Assembly: GCA_963775915.1 (NCBI GenBank)
Contig: CAVZKH010000007.1
Span: forward strand, 435,774 to 499,773
Direction: 5' to 3'
Source of the DNA: an uncultured Gemmatimonadaceae bacterium
GTDB lineage: Bacteria; Gemmatimonadota; Gemmatimonadetes; Gemmatimonadales; Gemmatimonadaceae
DNA length: 64,000 bases
The position numbers were made by a program, and so were the translations under genes. Under the pieces are notes generated by a model. That model did no database searches, was not told the DNA's origin, and saw only the letters and a program-made list of their open reading frames with translations. This document shows positions 27,615 to 37,755 of this stretch, piece by piece. Every line of letters starts with the position of its first letter. Position 1 is the first letter of the stretch.

Positions 27615-29410
27615 ACGACTGCTCCCTGGAGGTGCGCCGTCACGGCGCTCACCACGCGTTCCGCCGTGAGCGGCAGTCCGCCGTAGTCGAGCACGGGAAT
27701 CATGTGGTCGCGCGGCACGCCCGTCTCGATGGTGAGCATCGCGCGGAGCTGGGCGTCGCGGTTCTGTTCGACGACGAATACGAGGTCGTGCTCGTTGAGG
27801 TAGTCGGTCACGGGTTCGTCGAAGGGGAATCCGCGGATGCGCATGTAGTCGGCCGGAATGCCCCGTGCCTTGAGGCGGTCCACGGCCTCGAGCATCGCGG
27901 CGTGGCAGCCGCCCAGCGACACCAGCCCCACCTCGGCGTTGGGCTGCCGGAAGATCTCGGGGGCCGGCACGGCCTTCGCGGCGCCGGCGATCTTGCGCGC
28001 GATGCGGTCCACGACCTCCAGATAGGCGTCGGAGTCCTCGGTGTAGACGGCGTTCTTATCGTGCCCCGACCCGCGCGTGAAGTAGGCGCCTTTGGGACTC
28101 ACCCCGGGCAGCGTGCGCGCCGCGATGCCATCGCCGTCCACGTCGGTGTAGCGGGCGAACTTCGCGACCTGTTCCAGCTCCTCGGCGCTCAGCACCTTGC
28201 CGCGGTCCGGACGGTAGGCGTCGTCCCATGCCAGGCGCGGCACCATCCAGTCGTTCATCCCGATGTCGAGGTCGGACATCACGAACACCGGCGTCTGGAA
28301 CCGCTCGGCCAGATCGAACGCGTCGCGCGCCATGTAGAAGCATTCGCCCGGATTGCCCGGAAAGAGCAGGATGTGCTTCGTGTCGCCGTGCGAGGCGTAG
28401 GCCGCCGCCATCAGGTCGCCCTGCTGCGTGCGCGTGGGCATGCCGGTGGACGGCCCGGTGCGCTGGACGTCGAAGAACACCGCCGGCACCTCGCCGTAAT
28501 AGGCGAGGCCGATGAACTCCTCCATGAGCGAGATGCCGGGGCCCGCGGTGGACGTGAACGACCGCGCGCCGGCCCAGCCGGCGCCGATCACCATGCCGGC
28601 GGCCGCCAGCTCGTCCTCGGCCTGGATCATCGCGTACTTCCGTTCGCCCGTGTCCGGATCCTTGCGGAACTGTTCGCTGAACGCCTTGAACGCCTCCATC
28701 AGCGACGTCGACGGCGTGATCGGGTACCAGGCCCCCACCGTCGCCCCGGCGTACACGCATCCGAGCGCGGCCGCCGTGTTGCCGTCGATGACGATCGCGT
28801 TGGCGGTGGCGTTCATCCGATCGAGATGCACGGGCAGCGGGCAGGCGAAGTGCTTGAGCGCATAGTCGTGGCCCAGCGCGATGGCGCGGAAGTTGGCGTC
28901 GAGCAGCGAGCGCTTCTTGGAGAACTTCTCGCGCAGCATCTCGCTCACGACGTCCATGTCCATGTCGAACAGCGCCGCCAGCGTGCCCGTGTAGACGATG
29001 TTGCGGAGCAGCGTCCGGTTGCGGTCGCCCTCGAAGCTCTCCACGCACATCTGGCCGAACGGGACGCCCAGGTAGGTCACGTCGTCGCGGACGAGCGAGG
29101 CATCGAGCGGCCAGCTCGAGTCGTACACGAGGTAGCCGCCGGGGCGCACCGCCGCCACGTCCTGGGTGTAGGTGTTCGTGTTGAGCGCCACCACGAGGTC
29201 GATCTGCTCGGGGCGCGCCGTGTAGCCGTCGGCGCTCACGCGGATCTCGTACCAGGTGGGCAGCCCCTGGATGTTGGACGGGAAGATGTTCTTGCCCGTG
29301 ACCGGAATGCCCATCCGGAAGATCGCCTGCATGAGCAGGCCGTTCGCGCTGGCCGAGCCGGTGCCGTTGACCGTGGCCATCTTGAACGCGAAATCGTTCA
29401 CCCCGCTCAT
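27611..29410 (-). CDS. korA: 2-oxoacid:ferredoxin oxidoreductase, alpha subunit
   Basis: ATG at 29410 (ATGA overlap with the upstream gene); 599 aa. MSGVNDFAFKMATVNGTGSASANGLLMQAIFRMGIPV... then the PFOR domain I/II pattern. Confidence 0.88.
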   Translation of the reverse strand: MSGVNDFAFKMATVNGTGSASANGLLMQAIFRMGIPVTGKNIFPSNIQGLPTWYEIRVSADGYTARPEQIDLVVALNTNTYTQDVAAVRPGGYLVYDSSWPLDASLVRDDVTYLGVPFGQMCVESFEGDRNRTLLRNIVYTGTLAALFDMDMDVVSEMLREKFSKKRSLLDANFRAIALGHDYALKHFACPLPVHLDRMNATANAIVIDGNTAAALGCVYAGATVGAWYPITPSTSLMEAFKAFSEQFRKDPDTGERKYAMIQAEDELAAAGMVIGAGWAGARSFTSTAGPGISLMEEFIGLAYYGEVPAVFFDVQRTGPSTGMPTRTQQGDLMAAAYASHGDTKHILLFPGNPGECFYMARDAFDLAERFQTPVFVMSDLDIGMNDWMVPRLAWDDAYRPDRGKVLSAEELEQVAKFARYTDVDGDGIAARTLPGVSPKGAYFTRGSGHDKNAVYTEDSDAYLEVVDRIARKIAGAAKAVPAPEIFRQPNAEVGLVSLGGCHAAMLEAVDRLKARGIPADYMRIRGFPFDEPVTDYLNEHDLVFVVEQNRDAQLRAMLTIETGVPRDHMIPVLDYGGLPLTAERVVSAVTAHLQGAVV

Positions 29411-31185
29411 GCCGCGCTCCCCCCCGCATAGGCCCGGATCAGGTCGAATTTCTGCATGTCCCACGCCGCGGTGGGACAGCGCTCGGCGCAGAGCCCGCAG
29501 TGCAGGCAGACGTCCTCGTCCTTCACCATCAGCCGCCCGGTCTGCGGCAGCGCCGCGGACACGTACAGGGCCTGGTCCGGATTGAGCGCCGGCGCCGAGA
29601 GGTGCGCGCGCAGCTCGTCGTCGCTTCCCGGGTCGGGCGCGATGGTCAGGCAGTTCACCGGGCAGACGTCCACGCAGGCGTCGCACTCGATGCACAGCTT
29701 GGCCGAGAACGCCGTCTCGATGTCGCAGTTGAGGCAGCGCTGCACCTCGTGCGCGGTCTGCTCGGGGTTGAACCCCAGTTCCACCTCGACGGCCACGTTG
29801 GAGAACCGGCGGACCAGCGCCTCGTGCTGCATTTTGGCGCGGGGCGATGGATTGTAGTCGTTGTGGTAGCTCCAGGCGTGCATGCCGAGCTTGGCGCTCA
29901 CCAGGTTCATGCCGTCGGCGGGCCGGTCGGTGACCGGCGTGCCCATGCAGTGGTTGTGAATCGAGATCGCCGCCTGGTGCCCGTGCTCCACGGCCCAGAT
30001 GATGTTCTCCGGGCCCCAGGCCGCGTCGCCGCCGAAGAAGACGCCGGGCCGCGTGCTCTGGAAGGTCGTCTTGTCCACGACGGGCATGTCCCACTTGGGG
30101 TCGAACTCGAGCCCGATGTCGCGTTCGATCCAGGGGAAGGCGTTGTCCTGCCCGATGGCCAGGATCACCGTGTCGCACGGGATCACGACCGTGCCGAGGA
30201 CGCGGCTCTTCTGGCGGCCGTTCTCCTCGTACCACTGCAGCCGGTCGAACTCCATGCCCACCAGCTTGCCGTGCTCGACGACGAACCGCTTGGGCGCGTG
30301 GTTCTCGACGATCTCCACGCCCTCCTCTTCGGCGTCCTCCAACTCCCAGGGCGAGGCCTTGAAGTAGGGGCGCGAGCGGCGGGCAATGACCTTCACGTCG
30401 GTGCCGCCGAGCCGCTTCGACGTGCGGCAGCAGTCCATGGCGGTGTTGCCGACGCCGATGATCAGCACCCGCGGTTCGACCTTTTCGATGTGGCCGAAGT
30501 GCACCGACCCCAGCCATTCGATGCCGATGTGCACCTGCGGACTGTCCCACCGGCCGGGAATGTCGAGTTCCTTGCCCCTGGGCGCGCCGCTGCCCACGAA
30601 CACCGCGGCGTACCCCTCGGCGAGCAGCGCCTTGAGGCTCTCCACCGGCGTCTCGTACCGGATGTCCACGCCCATGCCGAGGATGTTGTTCACTTCCTCG
30701 TCGAGCACGGCGGCCGGCAGGCGGAACGCCGGAATGTTGTAGCGCATCAGCCCGCCGCCCTGCGTGAGCTTCTCGTAGATCGTGCACTCGTAGCCCAGCG
30801 GCATCAGGTCGTTGGCCACGGTGAGCGAGGCCGGACCGGCGCCGACGAGCGCGATGCGCTTGCCGTTTTTCTGTTCTGGAATAGCCGGCAGCCGGTCCTG
30901 GATGTCGTCGCGGAGATCGGCGGCCACCCGCTTGAGGCGGCAGATGGCGACCGGCTTTCCGTCGACGCGGCTGCGGCGGCAGGCGGGCTCGCAGGGCCGG
31001 TCGCAGGTGCGGCCGAGGATGCCCGGGAACACGTTCGACATGCGATTGAGCATGTACGAATCGGTATACCTGCCCTGGGCGATCAGCCGGATGTATTCGG
31101 GAACATTGGTGTGGGCGGGACAGCCCCACTGGCAATCGACAACCTTATGGTAGTACTGCGGTTGCGAGACGTCCGTCGGGTGCAT
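29407..31185 (-). CDS. GltD-like NAD(P)H-dependent FAD oxidoreductase fused to a C-terminal 2x[4Fe-4S] ferredoxin domain
   Basis: 592 aa. N-terminal Cys clusters (CQWGCPAHTNVPEYI, CDRPCEPAC), GAGPASL and GVGNTAMDC dinucleotide folds, and C-terminal CLNCDIE...CIECDACVDVCP and CLHCGLCAERCP. Confidence 0.85.
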   Translation of the reverse strand: MHPTDVSQPQYYHKVVDCQWGCPAHTNVPEYIRLIAQGRYTDSYMLNRMSNVFPGILGRTCDRPCEPACRRSRVDGKPVAICRLKRVAADLRDDIQDRLPAIPEQKNGKRIALVGAGPASLTVANDLMPLGYECTIYEKLTQGGGLMRYNIPAFRLPAAVLDEEVNNILGMGVDIRYETPVESLKALLAEGYAAVFVGSGAPRGKELDIPGRWDSPQVHIGIEWLGSVHFGHIEKVEPRVLIIGVGNTAMDCCRTSKRLGGTDVKVIARRSRPYFKASPWELEDAEEEGVEIVENHAPKRFVVEHGKLVGMEFDRLQWYEENGRQKSRVLGTVVIPCDTVILAIGQDNAFPWIERDIGLEFDPKWDMPVVDKTTFQSTRPGVFFGGDAAWGPENIIWAVEHGHQAAISIHNHCMGTPVTDRPADGMNLVSAKLGMHAWSYHNDYNPSPRAKMQHEALVRRFSNVAVEVELGFNPEQTAHEVQRCLNCDIETAFSAKLCIECDACVDVCPVNCLTIAPDPGSDDELRAHLSAPALNPDQALYVSAALPQTGRLMVKDEDVCLHCGLCAERCPTAAWDMQKFDLIRAYAGGSAA

Positions 31186-31338
31186 GCGGGTCGGTTCCTC
31201 TGGGCGAAACTACGTGGAGTCTCGCCGCGTAGCATGGAATTGGCAAGCGGGTCCGCTCTTGCGGAAACGGACGGCCGGTCCTACTGTGTTGCCATCCCGA
31301 TACAGTGAAATTCGGGAAACCTTTGCGGGAGCGGGCGC

Positions 31339-34300
31339 ATGGGCGTCGCAGCCGGCGGGTTCCGGGCGTGTTGGCGGGGCGGGTTGGCGCTGGCGCTGAT
31401 GTTTGGGGCGCTCCCCTGCCGGGCGCAGACGCACACCGACGTCATCCGCGGGCGGGTCACCGGTCCCGACAGCGCGGGGCTGGCCGGCGTGGTGGTCATA
31501 GCCCGCTCGCTTCCCGACAGCGCGGTCCAGCGCGGCCGCACCGATGCCAAGGGCGACTACACCATCAACTTCCTGGGCGGCGGCGGAACCTATGTGGTGG
31601 CGGTGGCCGTCATGGGGAATGCGCCCCAGCAACGGCGGGTGACGCGCGCGGCCGGCGATTCGGCGATCGTGGTCAACTTCCAGTTGACGCAGGTGGCGGT
31701 GTCGTTGGGGGCGGTGCGGAGCCGCGGCCAGCGGCCGCGCAGCTACCCCAGCGACGTGCAGGGGGTATTCGGGCCGGGATCATCGAGCACTTACGCGTCC
31801 ACGGGGAGCGCGCTCACCGGCGACCCGACCGGCGATCTCACCGCGGCCCTCGCCACCCTGCCCGGGGTTACGGTCACGCCGGACGCGGCGGGCGGACTGC
31901 CGGCGATCACCGCCTTCGGACTGGGCGCCGACCAGACCGCGTTCACGCTGAACGGGATGAGCTTCGGCGGCGGCTCGGTGCCGCGCGACGGATTCTCCCT
32001 CCAGGCCGTGACCGGCCTGTACGATCCCGGCAAGGGCGGGTTCGGCGGGGTGCTCGCGAGCCTGCGCCTGTCGAGCGGCAGCAACATCCATAACCGCAGC
32101 CTCCATTACTCCATCGATGCCCCCTCGATGCAGTGGACCTCGCCGGTGGCCTCCCAGCTCGGCACCCGCTACGAGCAGAACGTGCTCAGCGGCACGGTGA
32201 GCGGCCCCATCGTCTGGGACCACGCCTCCTACAACACGTCGTTCCAGTTCTCGCGGCGCACGAGCCCGCTCTCGACGCTGCTCAGCGAGAGCGCGACGTC
32301 GCTGGCCGCGCTCGGCCTCAGCGCCGATTCGGTGAGCCGCATGCTGGCCGACGCGCAGGCGCTGGGACTGCCGGCCACGGCGCCCGGCGTGCCGGGGGAG
32401 CGGACGGCGACGTCGGGGAGCTTCTACGGTCGCGCCGACTACCGGCCCGAGGTTCCGCCGCCCGGCGTCAGCTCCCTTTCCACCGACACGTACACGCTGC
32501 TGGCGGGTGGGAGCTGGAACGACAACGGCGGGCTGATGGCGGGGCCCACGTCGCTCCCCGCGGTGGCCGGCCACACCTCCCACTGGGACGGCATGGCCCA
32601 GGCCACGGTGTCCAAGTTCCTCGGTCCGGTGCTCAACGAGACCAACGTCACCGTGGGCGGAAACGAGAATCGCACGACGCCATATCTGAACCTGCCGAGC
32701 GCCATCGTGCTCGTGGGCGGCACGCTCCCCGACGGCAGTCCGTCGTACGCCTCGCTTCAGGCGGGCGGCGGCGCGTCGGGCACGAGCGACGTGCGCCACG
32801 CCACGTGGGAAGCGCGCAACGAAACCTCCTGGTATACCTGGGACCGGCGCCACCAGTTCAAGATCACCGCCGACGCCACCGGCGACCGATTCGCGATCAG
32901 CCAAGCACCCAACGGCGGCGCGTTCACCTATAACTCGCTCGCGAATTTCGCCGACGGGTTGCCGGCCAGCTTCTCGCGCACGCTCTCGGGCCGGCAGGAC
33001 GCGGGGCAGGGCGTGAACGCGGCCCTGGGAGTCGGCGAGATCTACGCGCCGTTCGTGCTCGATCCCAAGCACGCGCAGCTGCAGATCCAGTACGGCCTGC
33101 GCCTCGAGGGCAACCATGTGAGCATTCGGCCGGCGTTCAATCCGGCCGTCGACAGCCTGTTCGGTCTGCGCACCGACCACGTGCCCGACGCATTCACCGT
33201 CGTGCCGATGGCGGGGTTCACGCAGCAGTTTGGCCACTACGAGTACTTCCCGGGGCAGATCGGCACCCGGGGAACGATCTCCGGCGGCATCCGCGAGTAC
33301 CGCGGCACCTTCTCGTCGAGCACGGTCGACAACTACGCGCGGGCGACGGGGCTGCCGAGCGGCATCCAGCAGCTCTCGTGCGTCGGCTCGGCGGTGCCCG
33401 CGCCCGACTGGAGCGCCTATGCGCAGGCCGGCGCGCCGTCTCCTTCGCAGTGCGCCGACGGAACCGCCGGATCGCCGCTGGCGCTCACCACGCCGCCCGT
33501 CGCGCTGTTCGCGCCGGACTACGCGCTCTCGCGGAGCTGGCGCGGAGCGCTCAAGGTGAGCAGCTATCTCCTGAGCGGGTTCTACGGCTCGGTGGGCACC
33601 ACGTACGCGCTCAACCGCAACCAGCCCGGCGCCGTGGACGTGAACTTCGCCGGCGTGCCACAGATGGCGCTCGCGGCCGAAGGCGGGCGCCCGGTGTTCG
33701 TGCCGGCGTCGGGCATCGTCCCGTCGTCCGGCGCCACGGCGTTCGCGCTCTCACGCCGGTACCCCGACTTCGCGCACGTCACCGAGTCGGAGTCGGACCT
33801 GCGCGGCGAGCAACTGCAGTTCGACTTCACGCTGCAGCACAGCCCGACCATCGTCCAGGTCGACCAGGGATACCGGTACTACACGCTGAACTACACGCTG
33901 GCGTTCGGCCGCGCGCAGTCCACTGGCTTCGGCGGCACCACGGCCGGGGACCCCCGGACGGTGGAATGGGTGCCGGGGAATTCGGCCCGCCACCGCTTCA
34001 CCGTCAACTTCACGCAGTCGTTCCCCAACCTGGCCCAGATCTCGCTGCTCGGCACGCTGCAGTCGGGCATTCCCTACACGCCGCGCGTGAACGGCGACAT
34101 CAACGGCGACGGCTACGCCAACGATCGCGCGTTCATCTTCGCGCCCGCGCAGACCGCCGACACCGCGGTCGCGGCGGCCATGACGCGGCTGCTGGCAGCG
34201 GCGCCCCGCTCGGCGCGCAGCTGCCTGGCGCGCCAGCTCGGAACGGTGGCCGGCGCCGGCAGCTGCGCCGGCCCGTGGAGTTCCACGCTCAATCTCACGG

Positions 34301-35055
34301 TCAGTCCCGACGCGCGGCGGCTGCATCTCGGCAGCCGGGCAACCGTCAACCTCACGTTCACGAATCTGCTGGGCGCGCTGGACCAGGCCGTGCACGGTCC
34401 CGACCACCTGGCGGGATGGGGCACGAGCGCCTTTCCCGATCAGACGCTGCTCAACGTGCGCGGCTACGACGCCACCGCGAATCGATTTCTCTACACGGTC
34501 AATCCGCTCTTCGGCAGCACGTCGGTGAGCCGCAATGCGTTCCGATCGCCCTTCCGGATCACGCTCGACGTCCGGATCGACGTCGGGCCGGATCGCGAGA
34601 CGGAGTACATGGGCATCCAGCTCCACCCGGCGGCCTCCGACGGGCCGGCGCCGCTCACGGCGGCGCAGATCAAGACGAAGCTCGAACGCAACGGCACGAC
34701 GCCCTTCGACCAGTTCATCCAGCGGAAGGATTCGCTCGGACTCTCGCCGGCGCAGGTGGACACGTTGAACGCCGTGAAGAAGCGCTACCTGACCGTCCGC
34801 GACTCGGCCTACACGCAGCTCGCGGCCTACCTCGCGCCGCTGCACGGCGACTACGGGGCCTCGGAAACCCGGGAACGCTGGCATTCGACCATCGCCACCG
34901 TGGAGCGGGTGCTCTTCCAAGGGATGCGCCAGATCGGCGCCGCGCTGACCCCGGAACAGCGGGCGAAGGCGCCGTTCGGGTATTCGGTGTACCTCACGAT
35001 GACGGACGCCGCCCTCGAACGGATCCTCTCCGGCCCCATGTACGGCGCGCCGTAG
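31339..35055 (+). CDS. Large outer-membrane beta-barrel protein with N-terminal CarboxypepD_reg-like domain (TonB-dependent-receptor-like)
   Basis: 1238 aa. Signal peptide ...ALPCRAQ, then VIRGRVTGPDSAGLAGVVVIARS...TDAKGDYTINF, then long beta-strand-like Gly/Ser/Tyr/Asn-rich sequence. Confidence 0.75.
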   Translation: MGVAAGGFRACWRGGLALALMFGALPCRAQTHTDVIRGRVTGPDSAGLAGVVVIARSLPDSAVQRGRTDAKGDYTINFLGGGGTYVVAVAVMGNAPQQRRVTRAAGDSAIVVNFQLTQVAVSLGAVRSRGQRPRSYPSDVQGVFGPGSSSTYASTGSALTGDPTGDLTAALATLPGVTVTPDAAGGLPAITAFGLGADQTAFTLNGMSFGGGSVPRDGFSLQAVTGLYDPGKGGFGGVLASLRLSSGSNIHNRSLHYSIDAPSMQWTSPVASQLGTRYEQNVLSGTVSGPIVWDHASYNTSFQFSRRTSPLSTLLSESATSLAALGLSADSVSRMLADAQALGLPATAPGVPGERTATSGSFYGRADYRPEVPPPGVSSLSTDTYTLLAGGSWNDNGGLMAGPTSLPAVAGHTSHWDGMAQATVSKFLGPVLNETNVTVGGNENRTTPYLNLPSAIVLVGGTLPDGSPSYASLQAGGGASGTSDVRHATWEARNETSWYTWDRRHQFKITADATGDRFAISQAPNGGAFTYNSLANFADGLPASFSRTLSGRQDAGQGVNAALGVGEIYAPFVLDPKHAQLQIQYGLRLEGNHVSIRPAFNPAVDSLFGLRTDHVPDAFTVVPMAGFTQQFGHYEYFPGQIGTRGTISGGIREYRGTFSSSTVDNYARATGLPSGIQQLSCVGSAVPAPDWSAYAQAGAPSPSQCADGTAGSPLALTTPPVALFAPDYALSRSWRGALKVSSYLLSGFYGSVGTTYALNRNQPGAVDVNFAGVPQMALAAEGGRPVFVPASGIVPSSGATAFALSRRYPDFAHVTESESDLRGEQLQFDFTLQHSPTIVQVDQGYRYYTLNYTLAFGRAQSTGFGGTTAGDPRTVEWVPGNSARHRFTVNFTQSFPNLAQISLLGTLQSGIPYTPRVNGDINGDGYANDRAFIFAPAQTADTAVAAAMTRLLAAAPRSARSCLARQLGTVAGAGSCAGPWSSTLNLTVSPDARRLHLGSRATVNLTFTNLLGALDQAVHGPDHLAGWGTSAFPDQTLLNVRGYDATANRFLYTVNPLFGSTSVSRNAFRSPFRITLDVRIDVGPDRETEYMGIQLHPAASDGPAPLTAAQIKTKLERNGTTPFDQFIQRKDSLGLSPAQVDTLNAVKKRYLTVRDSAYTQLAAYLAPLHGDYGASETRERWHSTIATVERVLFQGMRQIGAALTPEQRAKAPFGYSVYLTMTDAALERILSGPMYGAP

Positions 35056-35278
35056 CGGGACCGGGCCCCGCGGTCGCATTGCCTTTTTCCGGGCCCGCGC
35101 GTAGTTTTGGTTGGAGTAGCCGTCTGGCCCGTAGGTGTAAGTGCGCTTAGGAGTTAGCTCGCCCCGCCTGATGCCCTTCGTCGGCACCGGGCCGGGATAG
35201 GAGCAGCGAGCGCACCCTCCGGGTCGTGGTTATCCCCGTTTCCGCGGTCCCCATCCCGCGGTGGAGTATAGATCCCAC

Positions 35279-36863
35279 ATGAATCTGACCGCGCTCTACG
35301 CCGCGCTCGGCGCTCTCATTGCCGCGTCGCCGGCGTTTTTCTTTGTAGGGAGGCGCCTCGGCCGGTCCGCCGAACTCCGGCGCCAGTCGGATGCGAAGTC
35401 GACGGCGCAGGAAGTGGCCAAGCGCGTGGTGGACGACGCCGAGCGTGAAGCGGAAAACCTGCGCAAGAGCGCCGTCGTCTCGGGCAAGGAAGAGCTGATC
35501 AAGCTCCGCGAGACGTTCGAGCTCGAGGCCCGCGGCCGCCGCGAAGAGGTGGAACGCGAAGAGCGGCGCATCGAGGAGCGGGAGACCCAGCTCGACCGCA
35601 AGTTCGACGCGCTCGATCAGCGCGACAAGGACCTCGGCCGCCGGATGAGCGACTTCGGCCGCCGCGAGAAGGCCGTGGTCGATCGCGAGGGCGAACTCGA
35701 GAAGCTGATCGCCGACGAGCGGCGCCGGCTCGAGCAGCTGGCCGGCATGTCTGCGCAGGACGCCAAGGGCGAACTGATCCGCCGCATGGAAGAGGAGGCG
35801 CAGGCCGACGCCGCCAACCGGATTCGCGAGATCCGCGAGACGGCGCGCCGCAACGCCGAGCGCGAGGCGAAGAAGATCGTCGCCCTCGCCATCCAGCGGA
35901 TCGCCGCCGAGCACACGGCCGAGAGCACGGTGTCGGCGGTGTCGCTGCCCAACGACGAGATGAAGGGGCGCATCATCGGCCGCGAGGGCCGGAACATCCG
36001 CGCCTTCGAACTGGCCACCGGCGTGGACGTGATCATCGACGACACGCCCGACACTGTCGTGGTGTCGTGCTTCGATCCCATCCGGCGCGAGGTCGCACGG
36101 CTGGCGCTGGAGAAGCTGGTGACCGACGGCCGCATCCACCCCGGGCGCATCGAGGAAGTGGTCAACAAATCGCGCAAGGAAGTGGACACGCGCATCGTCG
36201 AGCTCGGCGAGGAGGCGCGCGTACGAGGCCGGCGTGCACGGCCTGCACCCCGAGCTCATCAAGCTCGTGGGGCGCATGCAGTGGCGCACCAGCTACGGCC
36301 AGAACATCCTGCAGCATTCCAAGGAAGTCGCCTGGCTGGCTGGCATCATGGCCGCCGAGTTGGGCCTCGACGTGGCCATGGCCAAGCGGGGCGCGCTGCT
36401 GCACGACATCGGCAAGGTGCTGACCCACGAGCACGAGGGCACGCACGTGCAGCTGGGCGTGGAGGTGGCCACCAAGTACGGCGAGAATCCGCTGATCGTG
36501 AACTGCATCGCCGCCCACCACGACGACGTGCCGCACGAGAGCGAGGTGTCGGTGCTGGTGCAGGCCGCCGACGCGATCTCGGGCTCGCGCCCGGGCGCGC
36601 GGCGCGAGGCGTTCGAGACGTACGTGAAGCGGCTCGAAGGGCTGGAGCGCATCGCGTCCAGCTACCGTGGGGTCGAGCGCGTGTTCGCCATCCAGGCGGG
36701 CCGCGAGATCCGCGTCATCGTGACGCCGGACGAGGTCGACGATCCGCGCATGGCCACGCTGTCGGAGGAGATCGCGCGCCGCATCGAGGCCGAGCTCCAG
36801 TATCCGGGACAGATCAAGGTCGTACTCATACGCGAGACGAGGGCGGTGGACTTTGCCAGATGA
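35279..36863 (+). pseudogene. rny: Ribonuclease Y, reading frame broken once in this assembly (probably intact in vivo)
   Basis: N-terminal TM helix, coiled-coil, KH ([15 protein letters not shown]) and HD (LLHDIGK...AAHHDD). The frame shifts by +1 within GCGCGCG at about 36215-36221: ...IVELGEEA / [15 protein letters not shown]. Confidence 0.88.
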
Positions 36864-36867
36864 TACG

Positions 36868-37755
36868 ATGGCGCGCGGCGTGCTGATCGACGGCGTCGCG
36901 CTGGCCAGGAAGATCCGCGACCGGGTGGCCGAGGAGGCCGCGGCGCTCGGTGCCCAGGGGGTGACGCCGGGACTCACGGTGGTGCTGGTGGGCGACGATC
37001 CGGCGAGCGCCGTGTACGTGCGTTCCAAGGGCAAGGCGTCGGCCGAGGTCGGCATCCATTCCGACACGATCACGCTCCCCGCGGCCACCACCGAGCAGCA
37101 GCTGCTGGCGCTCATCGACAAGCTGAACGCCGACCGGTCGGTGCACGGCATTCTGGTGCAGATGCCGCTGCCCAAGCACATCGACTCCGACGTGGTGATC
37201 CGCCGCATCGACCCCGACAAGGACGTCGACGGCTTCCACCCGACGAACGTGGGGCTGCTGCTCACCGGGTCCAAGGAGGGCTACGCCCCCTGCACCCCGG
37301 CGGGCGTGATGGCCATGCTGCGCGCCTACGGCGTCGAGACGCGGGGCGCCAATGTGGTGGTCGTGGGGCGGAGCAACATCGTCGGCAAGCCGATGGCATC
37401 GCTGCTGATCCAGGCCGGCGCCGACGCCGACGCCACGGTGACCATCTGCCACTCGCGCACGCGCGACCTGGCCGAGCACACGCGCCGCGCCGACATCATC
37501 ATCGCCGCCGTGGGGCGCGCCCACCTGATCACCGCCGACATGGTCAAGCCGGGCGCCGTCGTTATCGACGTCGGCATGAACCGGCTGCCCGATCCGTCGG
37601 CCGCGCGCGGCTACCGCCTGGTGGGCGACGTGGACTTCGACGGCGTGAAGGACGTGGCGTCGCTGATCACGCCGGTGCCGGGCGGCGTGGGCCCGATGAC
37701 CATCGCCATGCTGCTGCAGAACACGGTTCGCGCCGCGTTCCGCGCCCTGGGCTGA
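36868..37755 (+). CDS. folD: Bifunctional methylenetetrahydrofolate dehydrogenase/cyclohydrolase
   Basis: [58 protein letters not shown] 36868 is preferred over TTG 36853. Confidence 0.92.
   Translation: MARGVLIDGVALARKIRDRVAEEAAALGAQGVTPGLTVVLVGDDPASAVYVRSKGKASAEVGIHSDTITLPAATTEQQLLALIDKLNADRSVHGILVQMPLPKHIDSDVVIRRIDPDKDVDGFHPTNVGLLLTGSKEGYAPCTPAGVMAMLRAYGVETRGANVVVVGRSNIVGKPMASLLIQAGADADATVTICHSRTRDLAEHTRRADIIIAAVGRAHLITADMVKPGAVVIDVGMNRLPDPSAARGYRLVGDVDFDGVKDVASLITPVPGGVGPMTIAMLLQNTVRAAFRALG

Noticed and set aside
31241-31262. Sigma-54-like TGGCAA...TTGC upstream of the large outer-membrane protein gene
   Set aside because: The GG-to-GC spacing is 19 nt instead of the canonical 12 nt.
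31283-31306. ACTGT-N14-ACAGT inverted repeat as a LexA/SOS box
   Set aside because: The half-sites are only 5 bp and the spacing does not fit the CTGT-N8-ACAG type of box. The neighbouring genes are not SOS genes. It could still be some regulator's site, but I cannot support that.
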